From positions 1 to 64,000 of IMG/VR virus record IMGVR_UViG_3300037195_001681: a stretch of 64,000 nt of DNA; one strand, given 5' to 3'. A program made the position numbers and the translations under genes. Below the pieces are notes generated by a model that was not told where the DNA came from, did not search any database, and saw only the letters and a list, made by a program, of their open reading frames with translations. Every line of letters starts with the position of its first letter. Positions within the stretch are counted from its first letter, which is position 1. Of the stretch, positions 19,843-26,044 are shown piece after piece. The DNA is from an uncultured virus (IMG/VR IMGVR_UViG_3300037195_001681). Lineage: Duplodnaviria; Heunggongvirae; Uroviricota; Caudoviricetes; Schitoviridae.

Positions 19843-20020
19843 AGGGTGGGGTCCGCCTGGCTGCTGCCTCCCCCGGTGACGCGTTTACTACTCCAGGCTT
19901 TAGGGCTCGATCCAGAAGACAATCTCGAAGCCATACTAACCTACCAGCTTATATTGGATGTTTCTGGGAATATTCCCTTCGTTTCTGTCCAAGCCACATG
20001 GGAGTCTTCTAGTACGAAAC

Positions 20021-20090
20021 TGGTGCCGTCTCTCCGGCTGTCACGTCTACACCTGGACGTTCACGTCCCGCTCTGAGGGGATCGACGGGC
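20021..20090 (-). ncRNA. c4 antisense-like RNA
   Basis: Minus strand ...ACGTCCAGGTGTAGACGTGACAGCCGGAGAGACGGCACCA; the GTGACAGCCGGAGAGACGGC 3' module matches my recollection of c4/c4-2 phage RNAs. Confidence 0.5.
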
Positions 20091-20165
20091 TGCCTCCCGA
20101 GAGTATCCTCAAAAACCTGTCATGATCAACTCTCGGTTGGTACAGATCAGACAGGCAGCTGAAAC

Positions 20166-20242
20166 TGGTTAGGAAGACAGGATTTGAACCTGCGACCCTC
20201 TACTCCCAAAGCAGATGCGCTACCAGACTGCGCTACTTCCTA
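20166..20242 (-). tRNA. tRNA-Pro (UGG)
   Basis: TAGGAAG/CTTCCTA acceptor stem, TCTGC-TTTGGGA-GTAGA anticodon arm, GGTTCAAATCC T arm, encoded CCA. Confidence 0.95.
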
Positions 20243-20257
20243 AAACAGTTTATGTAG

Positions 20258-20332
20258 TGGTTGCGGGAGTAGGATTTGAACCCACGACCTACGGATTATG
20301 ATTCCGTCGTTCTACCCCTGAACTATCCCGCT
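20258..20332 (-). tRNA. tRNA-Met (CAU), initiator-like
   Basis: AGCGGGA...TCCCGCAACCA with a 1:72 mismatch; ACGGA-ATCATAA-TCCGT anticodon arm; encoded CCA. Confidence 0.9.
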
Positions 20333-20349
20333 TCACTACAAAAATTCTG

Positions 20350-20640
20350 TGAGAGTTTCTGTTGCCAGGTACCCTCGGACCCCTGTGAATTTACGCCGCC
20401 AGGCGGAGAACGGGAACGCTCTCGTCGTTGTCGTTGACGTTTAGTCGAACTGTCAGCTAACGGCTGCCAATCGGGCCGCGTTCCGCATCTCTCGGCACAG
20501 TCGATCCTGGTTCGCCCCCATCAACTACACCGCACCTGTAACGCGTCTCACAACCTAAGGTTGGGTGCGGTGTAGATGGTGGAGGCGGCGGGTACTGCCC
20601 CCGCGTCCTCGTGCTTCAATCAACAGACCGAATTACGGCC
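20350..20640 (-). ncRNA. ssrA: Circularly permuted (two-piece) tmRNA, alphaproteobacterial type; tag (A)VNDNDESVPVLRLAA
   Basis: Acceptor piece ends GGGGGCAGTACCCGCCGCCTCCACCA (20577). An intervening hairpin (20520-20576) follows. The coding piece starts GGGGGCGAACCAGGATCGAC (20519), giving a G3-U70 pair. Tag ORF 20438-20391 ends LAA-stop, then ACCTGGCAACAGAA. Outer ends are approximate. Confidence 0.93.
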
Positions 20641-21022
20641 ATTCCCAAGTGCCAACAAGGGATCTTGAGAAACTCATGTGTAGGTGGCCCTAGGTCTGAT
20701 CGTCAAGAGTTATCTTGATGAGAGCAGCCTAGGGTCGCACGCTAAATCCCTCATAGCCGACAGAGTGTTTCAGAGGAATATCCTCAGGTTTCTATTCTTT
20801 ACGGACGTAGTATCGGGATCTTTCTAACTTTATTCCGGCCTTTCACCGGCCACTACAACCAGGGTCGTCCTGGAGGCCTGACACCTACGTTCAGGACTGG
20901 GGGCGATATCGCTCATGCTCGCGGACACCTTTGACCCAGGGGCAGGGGAGGCTCTGCTTCCTCAGGCTCACCACTCGTATGGCGCAATGCCAGCAGCAGG
21001 TGACGCTGATTCGAATATAAAG

Positions 21023-21096
21023 TGGAGAAGCGACCGGATTTGAACCGGCGCACCGGGTCGTGACTCCCGAGCTCTACCGGGCTGAGCTACGCTTCT
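21023..21096 (-). tRNA. Aberrant tRNA-like element (8-nt anticodon loop AGTCACGA; Val-CAC-like or undetermined)
   Basis: Acceptor (AGAAGCG/CGCTTCT), D and T arms are intact; anticodon arm is one nt short; CCA follows the stem with no discriminator base. Confidence 0.7.
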
Positions 21097-21267
21097 CATC
21101 TCCTGGGATCAGGCATGACCTGCGAAGATCCGGGAGATGTCCTTCGGTCCCGCACGGAGCTCTGCGCTATCTTTCGACGTGGGCGCGACCTTGAACCGAT
21201 CTCACTAACCGGTGTTTAGGTCTGGCTGCTTCGGGGACCCTCAGAACCAAGAAAAGGTGAAGGTTTC

Positions 21268-21648
21268 TCAGAATATTCCGAGGAACTTGGGTTTCGCCCG
21301 TTCGACGGCGCGACGATTGTTCTCGGTGCAGGTACGCTGGATGTGCATCGCGTCCCTGAGGCGTTCGTCGGCCTTGTCCACCTGGCCGGCCTCGGCGAGT
21401 CCGAAGTTGAGGGCCGACTGGAACCACTGGAGAGGAGCAAACCCGGGGGGGATTTCCTCCTGTGGAACCTCGTCGAAATCGGGCTGGTTCGCGTGGCCCA
21501 CGCCTTCCTCCCAGGTGTCGGGGATCAACTCCGTGCAGTCGACCGGGTCGGCCAGCACCGAGTTGGTGACGCAGCCCGGCAGACAGGCCGTGAGGAGCAG
21601 GAGAGAGGGGATCAGGAAGATCTTCCTGGTGATGGTGTTAGTCATCAT
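21268..21648 (-). CDS. Lipoprotein, putative o-spanin
   Basis: Signal RKIFLIPSLLLLTAC/LPGC lipobox, Pro-rich body, overlaps the 3' end of the upstream gene; GGAG RBS. Confidence 0.6.
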   Translation of the reverse strand: MMTNTITRKIFLIPSLLLLTACLPGCVTNSVLADPVDCTELIPDTWEEGVGHANQPDFDEVPQEEIPPGFAPLQWFQSALNFGLAEAGQVDKADERLRDAMHIQRTCTENNRRAVERAKPKFLGIF

Positions 21649-21985
21649 CACATACTCCGTTGTTGCGGCAGAGGGCGTCCCTGAAGGCGTTCTGGGCCCC
21701 CGTGGCGTCCTTTGCCTCGTTGACCTGAGATTGACCCTCGGAGACTTCATCATTGATGTCGTCCTCTTCCCTCTGGTTCTCACCCAGGGTGGTCACGGCC
21801 TCGCTGCCGCTCTCAATCGCGGCGCCGGCCTGCTCCGTACCGAGCTTTGCCTCGACGTCCTTGGAGCCCACGAACAGGTCCCTGACGAACATGAAGGCTA
21901 GGATAACGAAGATCAGGATGAACACCCCGAAGACGATCTTGCCAAAAGTGGTCAGTGACTTGAAATAATTGGTGGGGTCGATCAT
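21638..21985 (-). CDS. Single-TM membrane protein, putative i-spanin
   Basis: N-terminal TM segment (IVFGVFILIFVILAFMFV), helical polar domain, C-terminal Cys pair. Confidence 0.55.
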   Translation of the reverse strand: MIDPTNYFKSLTTFGKIVFGVFILIFVILAFMFVRDLFVGSKDVEAKLGTEQAGAAIESGSEAVTTLGENQREEDDINDEVSEGQSQVNEAKDATGAQNAFRDALCRNNGVCDDD

Positions 21986-22437
21986 TGGTCGATCTCCTCC
22001 TTGATGTCCTGGGCCTCTTCACGCGAGGCCTCCACCATGCGGTCAGCGGTTTTCTTGGCGGCCTCGGCAGCGTCTTCGCCTCGACCTGTACCGGCCTCAA
22101 AGTCCTTGTACTTGATGCGGAGCCAGTCGGCACCGAATGCGATCAAGCACATGAAGAGGGCGAATCCACCCGACATGATGGCAAGATACTGCACGACGTC
22201 GAGGGCGACCTCGAAGTAGGGCGAATCGAAGGGCATACCTGCCTTGGCCTCCCTCCTCACGCCGAGGACGTAGAGGTAGATCCAGAAGCTGTTGGCTATG
22301 ATGCCACCGATGAGCGACAGGGTGCAGAGCGACTGCATCTGTCGGGGCGTGAGGTCCACCAGAAAGCCGATTGCCCGGGCAAGTGCCCGGAACGGACTGA
22401 TGATCAACCGTATGACGGGTTCGATGACATTTCTCAT
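21982..22437 (-). CDS. Two-TM membrane protein, putative holin
   Basis: ATG at 22437; two hydrophobic segments and a charged C-tail; ATGA overlap with the next gene. Confidence 0.5.
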   Translation of the reverse strand: MRNVIEPVIRLIISPFRALARAIGFLVDLTPRQMQSLCTLSLIGGIIANSFWIYLYVLGVRREAKAGMPFDSPYFEVALDVVQYLAIMSGGFALFMCLIAFGADWLRIKYKDFEAGTGRGEDAAEAAKKTADRMVEASREEAQDIKEEIDQ

Positions 22438-22462
22438 GGTGGACCCCGATATCTGGAGAAAC

Positions 22463-22702
22463 TTACGCCGTCCCGTCGACGATCGTGACGCCCTGCATGT
22501 TCTCGACGCCCTGCTTGTAGAGAGCATCGCGGACGTGATGGAACCAGACGTGATTCTCGTTGATATTCGAAGCGCCCAGCTGATCACTAGCGTCGTCGTG
22601 GGAGAAAGTGCCGATATTCGTCGTATCGGCGGGAAGAACGGCACCATCATTCTGGACGGTGGCGGTGTTGGTATCCGCGTTCCATGCGATCTGAAGATCC
22701 AT
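22463..22702 (-). CDS. N4 gp17-like capsid decoration protein, N-terminal domain only
   Basis: IAWNADTNTATV..NIGTFSH..HHVRDALYK..NMQGVTI resembles the gp17 N-terminus as I recall it; same position after RNAP2. Confidence 0.65.
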   Translation of the reverse strand: MDLQIAWNADTNTATVQNDGAVLPADTTNIGTFSHDDASDQLGASNINENHVWFHHVRDALYKQGVENMQGVTIVDGTA

Positions 22703-22732
22703 CTCAATTTCCTTTCTTGGGAGCATCTAATT

Positions 22733-22775
22733 CAAAAAATTAGCCCCCCACTCCCAGAAGGGAATGGAGGGCTAG
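22733..22775 (-). terminator. Intrinsic terminator after RNAP2
   Basis: TAGCCC-CCA-TCCC stem with an AATTTTTT tail on the minus strand. Confidence 0.65.
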
Positions 22776-22779
22776 GGTA

Positions 22780-24024
22780 TTAGCTCAGAGCATACTCGCT
22801 GTCCATGATCTGAGTGATCATATTCGGATCGAGCTTGCCAATCGTGATCGGTTGACCGATGATCTGCGAGATCAGGTTGCCGAGCAGATTGGATTCGGCG
22901 ATCAGCTTGAGTTGGAGGTTATATTGCAGACGAAGGTCGTCACCGTAGTGCGGAAGACACCGGAAACAGTCATGCACAGAGACCAGTTTGAATGGCTTCT
23001 CGGGCAGACTGCGTATCAGGGACCGGATGGCCTCTGCATCGACATGACCGATGTTCTGAGGGTAGAGATGATCGAGGATACGAGCACTCAGGTACCCTGT
23101 ATCCTGGTAGCGTTGCCAGAGGGTCAGAACCATGCGGTCGTCGTCGCCTTCGGTGCTATCACCCCAAAGCGCCGGCTGCTCTAGCAGCTGGGTGAGCTGC
23201 ACGATTTTCCGACGATTATAGTCGCAACGACGGGTGAGTTCGCGAACGATCATTCCGTCCACAGAGTGTACGACATTGGCCCCCAGCGATCGACCAGATT
23301 CGGTCGGCATATTGACGTTGTAGAACACGTCATGGGGCATATTCGCGAAGTGGACAGTCTCCTTCACCGGGGCCATGACCTTCACCTTCACATGGAAGTT
23401 GTCGGGCAGGACCCAGGCGTTTTCGCTGGCTTCGGGATCCCACATCGCCATGAAGGCTTCGTTGAGTTCCCAGGCTGCCGGAGCGTTCTCATTGAGCACC
23501 TTATAGAAGGTGTCCAACAGGGCTCCTTCACCGAAGACCTTCTTGGGCATCGCTTTGGAACCATAGAAAGCTGTCATTACGGCAGCTTTAACTGGATCGC
23601 GTTCAATTTTCGCTGTGTCGTCGATTTCCTGGAGCATACGCTCGTAAATCGCCGTATAGGCGTCCATACGGGTGATATTCCCGTCCTTGTCTTCGATATT
23701 AATGACGTTGCACATACTGGAAGCACGCGCATCGCAGGTGAGAGCCGCCAGTAACTGGAGACCAGAGCTCGTAGCGTCGAGACTGATCATATAACCGATC
23801 GGTTCTCCGCGTTCGACAGCTCGCCATGCCTGAACACCTGCATAGAACAGGGCCGGCTCTTCAGCGACCTGTACGAGAGTTTCGAGCTGATGCTGATTGG
23901 CTCGGAACCACGCAATGCGTTGGTCCCAGGTCTGTTTATCGAGAGGTCCATCCTGATCGGCACCGAAATTGTTGGCGATGTCGATCATGAGGTATTCGCG
24001 TCCGGTAAACCGTTGGAAAGTCAC
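22780..24024 (-). CDS. RNA polymerase II subunit 2 (N4 gp16-like)
   Basis: GTG start at 24024 after AAGGAG; FTGREYLMIDIANNFG, motif A LDATSSGLQ, KAAVMTAFYGS, ANVVHSVDG, motif C VHDCF. Confidence 0.95.
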   Translation of the reverse strand: MTFQRFTGREYLMIDIANNFGADQDGPLDKQTWDQRIAWFRANQHQLETLVQVAEEPALFYAGVQAWRAVERGEPIGYMISLDATSSGLQLLAALTCDARASSMCNVINIEDKDGNITRMDAYTAIYERMLQEIDDTAKIERDPVKAAVMTAFYGSKAMPKKVFGEGALLDTFYKVLNENAPAAWELNEAFMAMWDPEASENAWVLPDNFHVKVKVMAPVKETVHFANMPHDVFYNVNMPTESGRSLGANVVHSVDGMIVRELTRRCDYNRRKIVQLTQLLEQPALWGDSTEGDDDRMVLTLWQRYQDTGYLSARILDHLYPQNIGHVDAEAIRSLIRSLPEKPFKLVSVHDCFRCLPHYGDDLRLQYNLQLKLIAESNLLGNLISQIIGQPITIGKLDPNMITQIMDSEYALS

Positions 24025-24025
24025 G

Positions 24026-24523
24026 TCATTTACTCCTTGGTCTTCGATTGTTGGCTTGCTCTTTACGAGTAGCCCAACAACAATTTGAGGGGGAATAATC
24101 ACAATCATTATCTGATCGTTCAATGGTGAGATCAGGATGATACCCATTATTAAGAGCCCAGCTCTCAAAATTGGGGTAGTCATCCCAAATAGGATCAATT
24201 TTAATTCCACGACCACCATAATAATCGTAGCTACTATTATTTGGATTTAAGCACCGTTCACGAATTCCTTTCCATATTTTATAGAGTCGAGTGTGTGATT
24301 GTCCATGCGTGCGTGCGCGATCACCTGTCACTTGACGACGATTACACCCACAAGATTTAGTAGAACCTCGTCGAAGTGAATTTATTAAAACTTCATGATG
24401 ATTCCCGCATGTGCATAGACATATTGCAAAACGCATTTTGCGTTTGCAATATAGGCGACTAACTGTCTGAATTACGGTTAATTGTCCGTATTTCTGACCA
24501 ACAATTGAGATTGCATTTGACAT
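24026..24523 (-). mobile_element. Free-standing HNH homing endonuclease gene
   Basis: YGQLTV, CLCTCG, TKSCGC, RC.NP...YGGRGI, TIERSDND..YSPSNCCWATRKEQANNRR; AT-rich relative to flanks. Confidence 0.88.
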
Positions 24524-24624
24524 TATGTGCTCCTTTAGATCGAACATGACCAGCAAAGTTTTGCATGCCAAGTCCGGTGAACTTTTGCACGATGTTTCTC
24601 CTTATATTGATTAAAATTAGGTGT

Positions 24625-24963
24625 TTAGATGCAGTGCTCATAAAGATGATTAAAGAAATCACTGGCGCTGTCTTCGGGATCACCAATATTGGGAGCTTGG
24701 TTTAAGAGAGCTTGCATCTCAGACTCTTCTCCGTCAGCAACAGTCATGAACTGGTCTTCCGATAGAGAGCCTAACCAGTCGTCCAGTTTTTTCAGATCAT
24801 CGTGATAAATGCCGTCTGCTCCTAAACACTCGTCTAATTTGTTTTTCACATCTTGCACTGCACCAATATGGGTTGCGCGCAGACGATGAAGTCCACCATT
24901 ATAGGCGACCATATCCAGAGTTAGACGGGTGATATTCGGGTATGCTTTGTGATCTTGGATCAT
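24625..24963 (-). CDS. Hypothetical protein
   Basis: AAGGAG RBS; AT-rich codon usage like the neighbouring HNH gene. Confidence 0.65.
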   Translation of the reverse strand: MIQDHKAYPNITRLTLDMVAYNGGLHRLRATHIGAVQDVKNKLDECLGADGIYHDDLKKLDDWLGSLSEDQFMTVADGEESEMQALLNQAPNIGDPEDSASDFFNHLYEHCI

Positions 24964-24981
24964 GACAGTTTCTCCTTATAT

Positions 24982-25185
24982 TCAGGGATCCACTCGATTC
25001 TTGATCTCCCATTCGAGCTCGATGAATTTATCGTCGATCTCTCTTGCGAGCTTCTTGGCACGAGCAGTGGTGGTGTCGGAATTGACAACGCTGTTGAGCA
25101 GCTGGGTGAGGCTCCGGCGACCGCGAGTGACGCGACCCCGGAGACCATTGTGAAACCAGGCTCTTTTCTGGAGCTTAGTCTGCAT
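24982..25185 (-). CDS. Hypothetical basic protein
   Basis: Packs between its neighbours; ATG at 25185. Confidence 0.5.
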   Translation of the reverse strand: MQTKLQKRAWFHNGLRGRVTRGRRSLTQLLNSVVNSDTTTARAKKLAREIDDKFIELEWEIKNRVDP

Positions 25186-25408
25186 CGTTCCATCCCACTG
25201 GTTCAGGTTCAGGACCATCGTTATGGTATCTGAACCACTCTTTCATAGACGGATTGTAGAAACTCTTGGTGAGGTCGCTGACCCCCATGAGCTCCATGGC
25301 TTTGAAGAAGTCGTCGTTCTGCGCCTTCGTCTGATGTTTCTGCTGGACAGCATCACCATCAGGAGAGGTGTAGAAGACGCAGAACTTCGGTTCGAGATCG
25401 CGGGGCAT
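25175..25408 (-). CDS. Hypothetical protein
   Basis: TGATG coupling to the upstream gene; GGAGG RBS. Confidence 0.6.
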   Translation of the reverse strand: MPRDLEPKFCVFYTSPDGDAVQQKHQTKAQNDDFFKAMELMGVSDLTKSFYNPSMKEWFRYHNDGPEPEPVGWNDAD

Positions 25409-25857
25409 CAGTTGATAACCTCTTGCTCCTCGCTGACCGTGACGCTTCCGGGAGGCCCGTAGGCTTCGAAGGGATTGTCCTCGGTACAGAGATGACCGAT
25501 TGGGGTGAAGAGAACCTCAGGCTCTCCGGTTCCATGTTCTTGACCCACTAGGCAGATGACAGAAACGTCATTGCCGGTGGAGATGTCGATGCAGGACATG
25601 AGAGCCAGATCGCCTCTGGAGGCTGCGAGCTTGAGCTGCTCAAACCACTGCCTGTGATGCTCGGGAAGAGGACCAGGTTCTCTGATACTCTGGTCGAATT
25701 TCTGAAGTTTGTTGAGTTCCTCCTGAAGAACGACGAGATTGATCGTACCGTCGATGACGATGCTCTCGGTGTCGCCGAGGTTGTCGACGAAGGTATCACT
25801 CGTGTTGGATTTGATAGCTGTTTCGAGAGCAGCACAGACATTTTCAAGCGTCAACAT
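25408..25857 (-). CDS. Protein with C-terminal DUF6117-like domain
   Basis: F..L..AA..GDLALMSC.D..TG...VIC.VG...FTPIGHL...NPFEAY.PP. Confidence 0.65.
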   Translation of the reverse strand: MLTLENVCAALETAIKSNTSDTFVDNLGDTESIVIDGTINLVVLQEELNKLQKFDQSIREPGPLPEHHRQWFEQLKLAASRGDLALMSCIDISTGNDVSVICLVGQEHGTGEPEVLFTPIGHLCTEDNPFEAYGPPGSVTVSEEQEVIN

Positions 25858-26044
25858 GATCTTTTTCCTTGGGGTAAATATAGACAGCGATGCACTGGTT
25901 ACCGAGATATAAACCTCGATATTCCATATCATCGCAGCCTAAGGGTTTTCCGGAGAGAACTTCGACTCGATCAGCACGAGCCTCGTTCTGTCGACGAGTG
26001 AACATGCTGCGAGGCAACTGTTCTTCGTCTGCTTTCTTACTCAT
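25844..26044 (-). CDS. Hypothetical protein
   Basis: ATGA overlap with the RNAP1 stop codon. Confidence 0.5.
   Translation of the reverse strand: MSKKADEEQLPRSMFTRRQNEARADRVEVLSGKPLGCDDMEYRGLYLGNQCIAVYIYPKEKDHVDA

Noticed and set aside
19845..19900. SRP (4.5S) RNA suggested by GGCAGCAGCC
   Set aside because: The conserved CAGG-stem-GNRA-stem-AGCAG geometry is not formed
19232..20076. Short ORFs 19232-19417 (-) and 19846-20076 (+)
   Set aside because: No good RBS or recognisable protein features; they overlap structured RNA modules
24025..24219. N-terminal extension of RNAP2 in the ORF track
   Set aside because: Overlaps the HNH gene; the better start is GTG at 24024 with an AAGGAG RBS
24026..24590. 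Group I intron in RNAP2
   Set aside because: The HNH ORF fills almost the whole insert, no intron core is visible, and the downstream part has its own RBS and start
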